A stretch of 63,843 nt of DNA, the filler included, from an uncultured Myxococcia bacterium (GTDB lineage: Bacteria; CAZTWC01): assembly GCA_964617105.1 (NCBI GenBank). It is 5 parts of 5 records of this genome, joined end to end, with 100 filler letters (N's around TTAATTAATTAA, not from the genome) between each part and the next. Parts side by side here need not be neighbours in the genome. Positions count along the whole stretch, not along the records: positions 27,218 to 40,494 come from CAZTWC010000082.1; 4 more parts are not named here. One strand, given 5' to 3'. The notes under the pieces are model-generated. The model saw nothing but the letters and a program-made list of their open reading frames with translations, did not search any database and was not told where the DNA came from. The position numbers and the translations under genes were made by a program. Below are positions 29,095 through 37,972 of this stretch, in pieces (position 1 is the stretch's first letter; the number at the start of each line of letters is the position of its first letter).

Positions 29095-30900
29095 CTAATT
29101 CAAATCCTTACAGCAACGAAATCCTTTAGCTGATGGTCCCCAATCCGCATCATAATCACAGCGGTGGAGTTGTTCCGAATTATAGCAGTTATAAGCTCCG
29201 CCCCTAAAATGCTCCTTATTATCGCCATGATCAACTACCTCCCACACATTGCCATTCAAGTCATACACACCGTAATCGCTGGCGCAATTTGGGCTGTTGC
29301 CGGTAGGGTCCACATGGAAATTGGCTCCACACCCGCCAGAGGGATTTCCAGAAGATGATGCCTGGTGATAACAGTGAGGATATGGACAGGAGGTCACATT
29401 TTGGCAGGCTGATCCCTGATGACAATAACAGTATTTATCGATGCCATTGCATACCGCGGGGTCATATTTATCTCCATAGGAATAGTTGCTACTTTTTGAG
29501 CCCTGGCAAACTCCCAACCACTCTTGGCTTTTACATAACCGCTTGCCTGCGGCAGCACAGGCCTTTTGGGCTATTGCCCTGGTTACTGGAAACCAGGGTA
29601 TCACTCCCGGACGACTATATGCTCCGGAAGTATCATTGCCTATATGGTTTTCAGTGGCATCGGAACGCGAGGCCTCATACAGATCGATACAAAAATTATT
29701 CACCAAAGCCATATCTGGGGGACATTTAACATTACTGTCAGTGGTTATTGAATCGGTCAACCCATCTTCAACCAAATCATCCAGCAATCCGGAATCTGAA
29801 TCCAGGGTTGTATCCCCGGTTCCACCGTCATTAGTTGTGCCACCATCTTCAACCAAATCATCCGACAATCCGGAATCTGAATCCAGGGAGGTGTCACCAG
29901 GGCCGCCGTCACTGCCAGTGTTTTCATCTTCAGTTATACCGCCCTCATCAAAAGAACTCTCCTCTTCTGCTGCATAATCAACCACCACCCCTCCATCTAC
30001 AAACTGATCTTGCGAAGAATCATCATTGTTACCGACATCGCCGATACCAGCATCATTGTCTATATATTCACTATCCCTCTCTCTTTGCGGAGTTGCACAG
30101 CACCTAAACCCCAGAGCAGCCGGAGTCCAATTTCCGGGAATATAGTCGCATTTATGCAACTTGGCTGAATCTGAACAATTAAATGCCCCTCCCCTAACGG
30201 TTTTGCCACTGCCTTTTTGGGTGTGTTCCCATACATTACCGTTTAAGTCATATACTCCCCAGCCGTTATGACAATCGGGAAAGGAACCGGTAGGGGCCAG
30301 GTGAAAAATTTCTGGCGCTTCAAAAGCATCGATACCATTGCAGGTTTTGGGTTCATATTGATCGCCATAGGCATATTCGGTTTTATCTTTTCCCTTGCAG
30401 GCAGTTTGCCATTCCACTGAAGTGCAAAGCCTTTTTCCTGCGGCATTACAAGCGATTTCAGCTTCCTGATTTGATTTTATCTGCCAGGGGAACACCCCTT
30501 TTTGAGATAATGCTTTTGAGTTATCACTTCCGCTACTATTTTTGGTTGAATCCTGGCGGGATGCCTCGTATATATCGATACAAAAGGTGTTTAAAATAAG
30601 CACCATTTCAGCGGGACATTCCAGGGGCAGGGGCGGCTCACCATCAGAATTACCGGAATTACCATCCCCAGAGCCAGCATCGCTGCCAGAGATTTCACAT
30701 CTATGTTCCTGACAAATAAAGCCAGGGCCACATTCACTGTCTTCCTGACACTGAAATTCACAGGAGCCATATTGGTTACAAATTTTGGGTGACGAGCAAT
30801 CATCATTATCATAACAATGCTGCTCCACCATACAACCCATGCTAATAAAAACCAGGAACACCCCAATAAAGTGTGTGCAGATTTTGGAAGAAAAAACCAC
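29095..30900 (-). CDS. Cys-rich lipoprotein with two FGE-sulfatase-like (SUMF1/EgtB/PvdO) domains and an acidic linker
   Basis: Lipobox ISMGC; CP.EM...FCID.YEAS...GKRLC...EW..C...YGD.Y...GVYDLNGNVWE...RGGA...GFRCC occurs twice. Confidence 0.85.
   Translation of the reverse strand: MVFSSKICTHFIGVFLVFISMGCMVEQHCYDNDDCSSPKICNQYGSCEFQCQEDSECGPGFICQEHRCEISGSDAGSGDGNSGNSDGEPPLPLECPAEMVLILNTFCIDIYEASRQDSTKNSSGSDNSKALSQKGVFPWQIKSNQEAEIACNAAGKRLCTSVEWQTACKGKDKTEYAYGDQYEPKTCNGIDAFEAPEIFHLAPTGSFPDCHNGWGVYDLNGNVWEHTQKGSGKTVRGGAFNCSDSAKLHKCDYIPGNWTPAALGFRCCATPQRERDSEYIDNDAGIGDVGNNDDSSQDQFVDGGVVVDYAAEEESSFDEGGITEDENTGSDGGPGDTSLDSDSGLSDDLVEDGGTTNDGGTGDTTLDSDSGLLDDLVEDGLTDSITTDSNVKCPPDMALVNNFCIDLYEASRSDATENHIGNDTSGAYSRPGVIPWFPVTRAIAQKACAAAGKRLCKSQEWLGVCQGSKSSNYSYGDKYDPAVCNGIDKYCYCHQGSACQNVTSCPYPHCYHQASSSGNPSGGCGANFHVDPTGNSPNCASDYGVYDLNGNVWEVVDHGDNKEHFRGGAYNCYNSEQLHRCDYDADWGPSAKGFRCCKDLN
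29762..29910. repeat. 81-bp-period intragenic duplication in the acidic linker
   Basis: ccatcttcaaccaaatcatcc..caatccggaatctgaatccaggg at 29762 and 29843 (DGG.GDT.LDSDSGL.DDLVEDG twice). Confidence 0.85.
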
Positions 30901-31219
30901 CTGTTTCCTTAACTTTAAGTAAACTTATTTCAATTGAAGATAATAACAAAATAAAATTTTACCAGGATTCTATGATTTTTTAAAGTGATTTCTCTTAGCG
31001 AAGATTTCGCATTTTCCGCCATATTCCAGAGGTGCAGAGGATTTTAAAAAACTCACTGATCAAATAATTAAAATGGTTGACAGAAAAAAAGCGTAGATGC
31101 AAAAATAACGAGACTGGGAAAAATTTCACTCACCGGGAAAGTGGTTAAGGTGAGGGGATAGTAATTTATGTTGCCGATTCTGGATGTAGTTTTTGAGGGT
31201 GTAAAATAATTTACTTCCC

Positions 31220-31564
31220 TTAAGTGTTATCTTTTTTCTTACCAATACGATAAGCGTCTACTATCCCAAAAAGCCAACAAAAAATGATCAACAAAAACAA
31301 AAGATTGTATGTCAAACTGTCAGAAGGTGTGGATACCTTTTGGGCTATGTTTAAAATAGTAACCAAATCTAATGCTCCACCTTCTGACTCAATCTTTTCA
31401 ATGATGGTAAATGCTTGTTGCACTGCTTTTACTATAATTATTACCAGACTAACAATAACCGTAAGCATTAAAGCAATACCGCGCCTATAATTTTTCAGAA
31501 CAATTTGACCTAAACCTGGAAATACCAGGCCTGATAAACATGCCCCTTTTAATGAACTCTTCAT
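31220..31564 (-). CDS. Small membrane protein (LS.LVFPGLGQ family)
   Basis: LSGLVFPGLGQIVLK..RRG, two TM helices, GIVDAYRIG. Confidence 0.75.
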   Translation of the reverse strand: MKSSLKGACLSGLVFPGLGQIVLKNYRRGIALMLTVIVSLVIIIVKAVQQAFTIIEKIESEGGALDLVTILNIAQKVSTPSDSLTYNLLFLLIIFCWLFGIVDAYRIGKKKDNT

Positions 31565-31722
31565 TATACTGATTGACCTCTACCTTATATTTATAACCAA
31601 GTTACCGCCGGGGACGCAGAAAAACCAGGTAATCCTCATTCAAAGTTTCCAGCATCTCTATATACCGGGTTTATGCAGTGAAAAAGCAGGACTACTGTGC
31701 CAGATATCAACAAAGATTCCAG

Positions 31723-32877
31723 TCAGCCAAACCGGGCCAGGTCGATATTTTCGAACCAATGAACAGCGTTCAGTAGTTTAATGCCAGAGGCAAACTCTTT
31801 TTCTTTATGGATATCTTTTACCAGTTGAATTTTGGCAATATCGGGCAAATATCGAATAAAAGCATGGAAATTTTTAGATACTTTATTATTAGCCCACTTG
31901 ATCTCCAGCATCAATACGGGCTGATTATTAATAACTACTAAAAAATCTATCTCTTTGCCGTCCTTGTTACGAAGATAGTGGAGAGAAGTATCAAAGCCCA
32001 GGGTATCTTCAAGAAAGTGTAACTCCTTTTTAAGCGCGCAGGCGGCCAAATTTTCAAGTTTTACGCCATTATCACCAACTACTCTGGCATTATCATAAAA
32101 GTAATATTTTGGTGATTTTAAAAGTGAGCGGGCAATATTTTTATGGTAGGGAGTAATGGAAAAAATCAAATACATGTTTTCTAAAAGAGTTAACCACCTT
32201 TTAATTGTTTTGGCATCTTTTTGCAAATCTTCGGCCAAAGAGAGATAGGAAATTGGTGATCCCACCCGGTGTTTCAAAAGTTCTATCAGGGTTTCTATTG
32301 ACTGGATCTGGTGGACATTTTCCAGGTCCAGCAAATCTTGACGCAAAATTATATCCAGGTGAGATTTTTTCCAACGATGATAAAAAGTATTATCATTCTT
32401 GAGAAATGGTTCAGGAAAGCCGCTTAAGGTAATCAGACGATTAAAGGTATCTTCGGGATCAAATTTACCTTTTAACTCTTTCAGGTCAAAAGGATGCAGA
32501 CGATACTGAAAAAAACGGCCCGCCAGGGAATCACCCATTTTCCGGTAAATGTTTAATTTGGCGCTACCGGTTACAAGTAATCCGGCCGGGTAATTTTTGG
32601 TATCATATATCCCTTTTAGCCACGATTTCCATTGCGGCATTTTGTGCAGTTCATCAAAGATAATTAATTCCCGATCTTTTAACCAACTCTTCTCTTTCAG
32701 AGATAATCGGTCCTCAGCCAGATCGTAGTTATAGTATTGGTAGTTGTCGCTTATCATCTCTGACAAAAATGTTTTACCCACTTGCCTGGGGCCAGATAAG
32801 AGGATTATTTTGTCAGGTATATCTTTTTTGATAAAATTTTGAAGTGTTCTTTTCATATTGACTATTATAGCGTCCAT
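31723..32877 (-). CDS. AAA_14 ATPase with DUF4143 C-terminal domain
   Basis: GPRQVGKT, FDELHK, TGSA, DSLAGRF, PKYYFYD, KEIDF...EIK. Confidence 0.9.
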   Translation of the reverse strand: MDAIIVNMKRTLQNFIKKDIPDKIILLSGPRQVGKTFLSEMISDNYQYYNYDLAEDRLSLKEKSWLKDRELIIFDELHKMPQWKSWLKGIYDTKNYPAGLLVTGSAKLNIYRKMGDSLAGRFFQYRLHPFDLKELKGKFDPEDTFNRLITLSGFPEPFLKNDNTFYHRWKKSHLDIILRQDLLDLENVHQIQSIETLIELLKHRVGSPISYLSLAEDLQKDAKTIKRWLTLLENMYLIFSITPYHKNIARSLLKSPKYYFYDNARVVGDNGVKLENLAACALKKELHFLEDTLGFDTSLHYLRNKDGKEIDFLVVINNQPVLMLEIKWANNKVSKNFHAFIRYLPDIAKIQLVKDIHKEKEFASGIKLLNAVHWFENIDLARFG

Positions 32878-33119
32878 TCCGGATTAGTCAAGACTTTTGC
32901 GGATCATACTCCCGATAAGTCGGGTTGGTTCTAGCCCTTCACCTCTTCACAAACCTCACATTTATCGCCCACAAAGATTAAAATATTGGTCTTAAAGTTT
33001 TTCAGGAGCGCTCCAGCATCTGGTTGTGCTAACTGAAAATTGACCACCCCCGAGCAAACTTACCCTATAGATTGCTCAAGGATAGATGTGCCAAAACTGT
33101 CAACGCTGAAATGCAGGTT

Positions 33120-33300
33120 TGTGTAGGGCCACAAAAGAGGGCATCACTTTTGTTGATGTTTTTTGAATAACTTTGGTTTTTGCTGCAAATTCAGAGCCGT
33201 TTCGGTTAAGTTTTTCCCAGATAAGACTATCCACAGCTGCCCCGTCTATCTTCTTTTGAGCCACATCTTCAATAGATTTTTTATATGAGTAATTGTTTGA
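33120..33300 (-). pseudogene. Remnant of a PhnD-family phosphate/phosphonate-binding protein
   Basis: Hand translation gives YSYKKSIEDVAQKKIDGAAVDSLIWEKL...KTKVIQKTS..MPSFVAL with no start or rest of gene. Confidence 0.5.
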
Positions 33301-33527
33301 AAAATTGCTAAAAAAGGTCTAAAGAAAAGCCATTATACGGAAAGAACTCTTTAACAGCAATAGCATTTTTGATCCTGCTATAATTTTGAGGACACCCAAT
33401 TAAGGTGGGAAATTATGGTAGAATGTGAATAATGTTTTATGATATATTAGGGGGCGGGGAGGTAAGAAACATGGATGAGAAAATTTGGCCACATCAAAGC
33501 CGATTAAGAAAAGAAGAAACCTGAAGA

Positions 33528-34526
33528 TTGGAGCCAATGAAAGCCAACTTTAAAATAAATCATTTACGTTCGGGCGGACTAATCACAAATTATTTCTGCA
33601 CATCGCAATGTAAACACTGCCTTTATGCTTCTAGCCCGCATTGGAAGAAGGATTATATAACCAAAGAAATTTTGCACAGCAATCTTGAAAAAGTAAAAAG
33701 CATGGGATGTGTTTCTCTTCATATTGGTGGGGGTGAACCTTTTCTTAACCTTGATGCGTTAAAGCAATCGCTTGAAATATTTAAGGAATTACAAACGCAG
33801 GTTGAATATGTGGAAACCAATAGTTCATGGTTCAAAAATAAAGAAACCGCACACAAAATTTTATATTCTCTTAAAAAACAAGGGCTTTCAACACTGTTAA
33901 TATCTATTAGTCCATTTCATAACGAATTTATCCCATTTTACAAAATTAAAGGTGTGATTGACGCTTGCAGAAATTGTGGTGTAAATACTTTTTTATGGGC
34001 GGAAGAATTTCTTCACGATTTAAACAAATTTGACCCCAATACTACTCACAGCCTAACGGAATATGAGAAATACTTTGGTAACAATTATCTCCAAAACATC
34101 CCTAAACGCTATTGGGTTACTTTTAGAGGCCGTGCATTAAAGACATATGCGCCGTTTATGGAAATGAAAGATTTATCAACATTGCTTTCTTTAAATAAAG
34201 GTAGTTGTTCAGAGTTATTGGATACCAGTCATTTCCATATCGATCTGTTTGGCAATTACCTTCCAGGATTGTGTTCCGGGCTTGCAATTCAAGGTGATGA
34301 TTTGGGCAGTATTATCCAACCTGAAAAATATAAAGTTTTATCAGCATTATTAAGTTCAGGTATAACAGGGCTTTTAGATCTGGCTTCAATAAAGTATGGA
34401 TTTACGCCCCAAGATGAATATGTTTCAAAGTGTGAGTTATGCTTTAATATAAGAAAATACCTTGTGGTGGATCAAAAATTAAATTTACCTGACCTACAAC
34501 CTGTGGAATATTATCAGCAAATATGA
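33528..34526 (+). CDS. Radical SAM protein
   Basis: CTSQCKHC, HIGGGEPF, VETNSSW, ISISPFH, late C..C..C. Confidence 0.9.
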   Translation: MEPMKANFKINHLRSGGLITNYFCTSQCKHCLYASSPHWKKDYITKEILHSNLEKVKSMGCVSLHIGGGEPFLNLDALKQSLEIFKELQTQVEYVETNSSWFKNKETAHKILYSLKKQGLSTLLISISPFHNEFIPFYKIKGVIDACRNCGVNTFLWAEEFLHDLNKFDPNTTHSLTEYEKYFGNNYLQNIPKRYWVTFRGRALKTYAPFMEMKDLSTLLSLNKGSCSELLDTSHFHIDLFGNYLPGLCSGLAIQGDDLGSIIQPEKYKVLSALLSSGITGLLDLASIKYGFTPQDEYVSKCELCFNIRKYLVVDQKLNLPDLQPVEYYQQI

Positions 34527-34582
34527 ATTGAATTGTACAATTTTGAATTTTTATTTTTAATATGGATAGGAGGAGATAAATT

Positions 34583-34750
34583 ATGAAATACGTCTGCATG
34601 ATTTTAGGATTTTTTACTTTAAAATGGAAAGTCAAATGTACTGAGTGTAAATTCCTTGACGAAGAGAATAAGTGTTTTGGCCACAAAATGGATGATGACA
34701 TCATAAATAAGACCATTATGTGTGGATTTTATAAGAAAAAATGCTGTTAA
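34583..34750 (+). CDS. 55-aa Cys-rich small protein (below ORF-track cutoff)
   Basis: Strong RBS AGGAGGAG; MKYVCMILGFFTLKWKVKCTECKFLDEENKCFGHKMDDDIINKTIMCGFYKKKCC. Confidence 0.65.
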   Translation: MKYVCMILGFFTLKWKVKCTECKFLDEENKCFGHKMDDDIINKTIMCGFYKKKCC

Positions 34751-35328
34751 AAGTTAAAGCCTATTCGGGTTACAAGGCAAATGAAACGGTGAAAAGCCAA
34801 AAACTCCCCTATGTATTGGAAAGCGGCCTAAATGACAATGTTTACCTTTTTATTGTTGGCCACGGAGGAACCAGCGGAGTATATCTTGATACCAAAGATA
34901 GCAAAAACGAGTCTGATGTCAGGCTGACCCCTTCGCTGCTGGCCAAAACCATTGATGAAATGTACCAGGGAAAAAAATATCGCCGCCTCCTGATGGTGGT
35001 AGAAGCTTGTCATGCCGGAACGTTGGGCAAAGATCTCAAATCTCCGGGGATGTTGCTGATAACAGGAGCCAACCCCTGGGAAAACTCTCTGGGCACCAAT
35101 TATGATCACCACCTGGATGCCTGGTTAGCTGATGAATTTGCCTATCAACTGTGGAAGGAAGCCTCCAGCCATTCGGAAAAATCGATCCGGCACATCTATG
35201 AACATCTATATAAAAGTGTTCCCGGCTCCCATGTTTCACTGTATAACCTGGCCAATTTTGGCAATATCGACCAAATTGAACTCTTTGAGTTTCTTGATCC
35301 GCGAGAAACCAAATCAGATAACCATTAA
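34741..35328 (+). pseudogene. Peptidase C13 (legumain/GPI8-like) C-terminal fragment with an unrelated N-terminus
   Basis: DNVYLFIVGHGG and VVEACHAG dyad motifs, TGANPWENS, SHVSLYN; lacks the N-terminal 'NYRHQAD' region. Confidence 0.6.
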
Positions 35329-35338
35329 AGGAGATGCT

Positions 35339-35977
35339 ATGTCACTATCAAAACAAACTATAACCATAATAACGGCAAGTTGCCTATTGTTGGCCGGAAT
35401 GCTTATCTTTGCCGCCTGCGGGGATGACAGCAAAAAAACAGAAGAGTCGTTGGGAAAATCGGGCATCGACCTGAACACAAAAGTTATGGACCTGGATGAC
35501 AGCGAAAAAACAAAATTTTGCCAGTGGTATATTGAAAACACCGCCATGGACAAAGCCGCTTCCTGCACTATCGATGGATCTAAAATCGAGTATGCCGCTG
35601 TTACTCAGGACAAATGCAAGGAAAATCTGGATGTGGTCCCTAATTGCACGGTAAAAACCTATGAAGATTGCGCTCCGGTTATAAAAAAAGACCGCTGCGG
35701 CTTCAAATATTCCGACTGTCCGGGTCTCAATGGCTGCCAGCCACCGGTAAATGCTACCCATTACTGCCATGACTCTAGTGGAAACTGCAGCAACACCAAT
35801 GCCAACAATATTACTTGTACATACGAACTCCTATCACCACTTTGTGTTACTGCTGCGGTTGCCAGTTTTGGAATTTTTTTGGCTGATTATGGTATTAACT
35901 GCACCAATGGAAAAGTAAGATCCTGCAGCCGCTTACCCGGAGGCATATGTGTTATTGATTCCGATTCTTGCAAGTAG
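35339..35977 (+). CDS. Cys-rich lipoprotein of unknown function
   Basis: RBS AAGGAG, lipobox IFAAC followed by GDD, many Cys. Confidence 0.75.
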   Translation: MSLSKQTITIITASCLLLAGMLIFAACGDDSKKTEESLGKSGIDLNTKVMDLDDSEKTKFCQWYIENTAMDKAASCTIDGSKIEYAAVTQDKCKENLDVVPNCTVKTYEDCAPVIKKDRCGFKYSDCPGLNGCQPPVNATHYCHDSSGNCSNTNANNITCTYELLSPLCVTAAVASFGIFLADYGINCTNGKVRSCSRLPGGICVIDSDSCK

Positions 35978-36036
35978 TTTAAACTAATTCCCGTTTGACC
36001 CAAAGTTTAAGAAAGAAGCCGTTCTAAGTTCAGAAT

Positions 36037-36483
36037 TTACTCAAATGCTATCTTCAAGTTGCCAGCATATTTTCCATCTTTAGGTAAACCGGTTTCACTT
36101 GATGTGGTAGGTATTAATCGACTGAACAATCCAGTTATTGTAAGGGAGGTTGCTGTTTCCTCATCAATTTCAATCCAGGTATCATAGTCACCAGTTTGGC
36201 GATCTTCAAACAAACGAATGATTAGTTTATTAAATCCTTTAGGGAAAATCCCTGATTTAACAAATTCCTTATTAAACATGCCGATTGTTGACGAATGGGA
36301 TGAAAAAGTTAAATCAATATTAAAGAGAACGGCCCTTATTGCATGGAACACTGCGTAATAAGTGCGAGATACAGCATCATCAAAGGCGTTAGCCTGTAAA
36401 TCTCTTTTCGCTGTTTCAAGTTTTCCCGTGGCCTTTAAGAGCATCCCTTCAATTATTTTGTTTTTTTCCAATGTCTCACTCAT
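36037..36483 (-). CDS. HEPN domain protein (toxin of an MNT-HEPN pair) with an atypical tail
   Basis: DAVSRTYYAVFHA, SHS..IG.FNKEFVKSG, FEDRQTGDY. Confidence 0.85.
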   Translation of the reverse strand: MSETLEKNKIIEGMLLKATGKLETAKRDLQANAFDDAVSRTYYAVFHAIRAVLFNIDLTFSSHSSTIGMFNKEFVKSGIFPKGFNKLIIRLFEDRQTGDYDTWIEIDEETATSLTITGLFSRLIPTTSSETGLPKDGKYAGNLKIAFE

Positions 36484-36794
36484 ATATCAATACCTTCTTG
36501 AGCCACATTTTTGCCAAAGGGTGTAAACTTTGAAAAATTCCATTGTTTCGAGTCATAAATTACACTTGTAAATAATTTATTGTGTTTATCAAGCATATCT
36601 GCCTCAATATCCAGAACAGTTTCCCTTAAAGAACGATTACGATTTTTAACCAATAATAAAAAATCATAATCAGATTCAGTTGTTGCTTCACCTCTAGAAT
36701 GTGAACCAAAGAGAATTATTTTTTCTATCTTATTGCCTAACTTATCCCTTATAACTTGGGCAAATTTGCTTGCTAATGGGTCTATTTTATTCAT
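36480..36794 (-). CDS. Minimal nucleotidyltransferase (MNT antitoxin)
   Basis: IILFGSHSRGEA..ESDYDFLLLV; overlaps the HEPN start. Confidence 0.9.
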   Translation of the reverse strand: MNKIDPLASKFAQVIRDKLGNKIEKIILFGSHSRGEATTESDYDFLLLVKNRNRSLRETVLDIEADMLDKHNKLFTSVIYDSKQWNFSKFTPFGKNVAQEGIDI

Positions 36795-37007
36795 TTTTTT
36801 CCCCAGTTATGTTAATTCCAGTCCCTTTATCTTGTATTATTAAGTAATCCCTTAATACAATTATAATCAATTCCAGAAAGAAAGGGAATTAGTTTCGATC
36901 ACCTTTAATATTTATTCACTCAATTCTGCTGATAACCAATACTATTATAATCTTTCAACCTTTTCTTGGGTTTGATACACTAAACATGCCCCTTTTGATC
37001 CTCTAAA

Positions 37008-37289
37008 TTGGCCCCACCTAGGAATTTGTCAATGGGCCTGAGAGGATTATTAGGCATTGGCATTTACGGCGTTGGTGTCTATGGTAGTTTGGGCGGCGAT
37101 CTTATAATCCGCCAGGATATTGTGCAATCAACAGTTACCAGTATGTATTATAGGCAAGATACCGGTATTGGTGGCGCCATTGCCCTGGGTGGCGGGGCCG
37201 TATTGATGAACAAATCATTCAACAGGGGCCTCAGAATTGGCTACGACACCGAGGCAGGGGTTGTGGTGGGATTTCTATGGAGAAACTAA
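37008..37289 (+). CDS. Hypothetical protein or gene fragment (Gly-rich, beta-strand-like)
   Basis: GC-richer coding-like stretch with a weak TTG start. Confidence 0.3.
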   Translation: MAPPRNLSMGLRGLLGIGIYGVGVYGSLGGDLIIRQDIVQSTVTSMYYRQDTGIGGAIALGGGAVLMNKSFNRGLRIGYDTEAGVVVGFLWRN

Positions 37290-37428
37290 ATTCAATTCAG
37301 CACTTCTCAACTAATTTTATCTTCGAAATCATCCAACGATTTCAAGTCTACTTTGATCCGCAGTGCTACACAGGTGTAACACACACAAAAAAAGGGGCCA
37401 GACAAAATATCTAACCCCTTGATTTTAC

Positions 37429-37476
37429 TGGTGAGCCTGGAAGGAATCGAACCTTCAACCTCCGGATTAAGAGTCC
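37429..37476 (-). mobile_element. 3' 48-nt fragment of tRNA-Lys(CTT), an att site of an integrated element
   Basis: Minus strand GGACTCTTAATCCGGAGGTTGAAGGTTCGATTCCTTCCAGGCTCACCA; no D-arm or 5' acceptor strand upstream. Confidence 0.85.
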
Positions 37477-37759
37477 TGAGAAAATGGAAAATATTAAAAA
37501 ATTTATTTTTTTGTAACTAGTTAATATTACAGCCAGAATTAAAAACTCTTATCACTTAGTTTTGAGCCTCTTTTTACCTGTTTTTATCTATATTGGTCAA
37601 TTCTTTGGTCAACGAGGATTGAAAATTGGAGACCTACGGACATTTGGTTATGAGGGTGTTTTTAGAAAGAAAAAACCGCCAGTGTTATTATCATGTAAGA
37701 TTATGTTACATTTTTCTGGCGGTATTGAAAAACATTTATTAAAAGAACTTAAAGTTGTC

Positions 37760-37972
37760 TCAATCAAAATCACCTTCTGCACCAACGAATTTATACATTA
37801 AAGAACTCAAATCTCTTTGATATTGTATTTCTTCCATATCAATTATTTCATTTTCAAATTGTTTTTCAAACTTTTCTATTACCTTCTTGTTAATATTTGT
37901 TTTTTGTGCTTTTGGTAAATAAGTTTTTAGACTATGATAATTTTTTATTGTTTTTTTTCTTTTTTTTATCAT
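37760..37972 (-). CDS. Small hypothetical protein coupled to the upstream gene
   Basis: TAATG overlap with the 504-aa ORF. Confidence 0.55.
   Translation of the reverse strand: MIKKRKKTIKNYHSLKTYLPKAQKTNINKKVIEKFEKQFENEIIDMEEIQYQRDLSSLMYKFVGAEGDFD

Noticed and set aside
33078-33095. Sigma54 promoter on the minus strand (TTGGCAC...)
   Set aside because: No GC at the -12 position with GG-N10-GC spacing.
37429-37476. Functional tRNA-Lys
   Set aside because: Only the 3' 48 nt are present.
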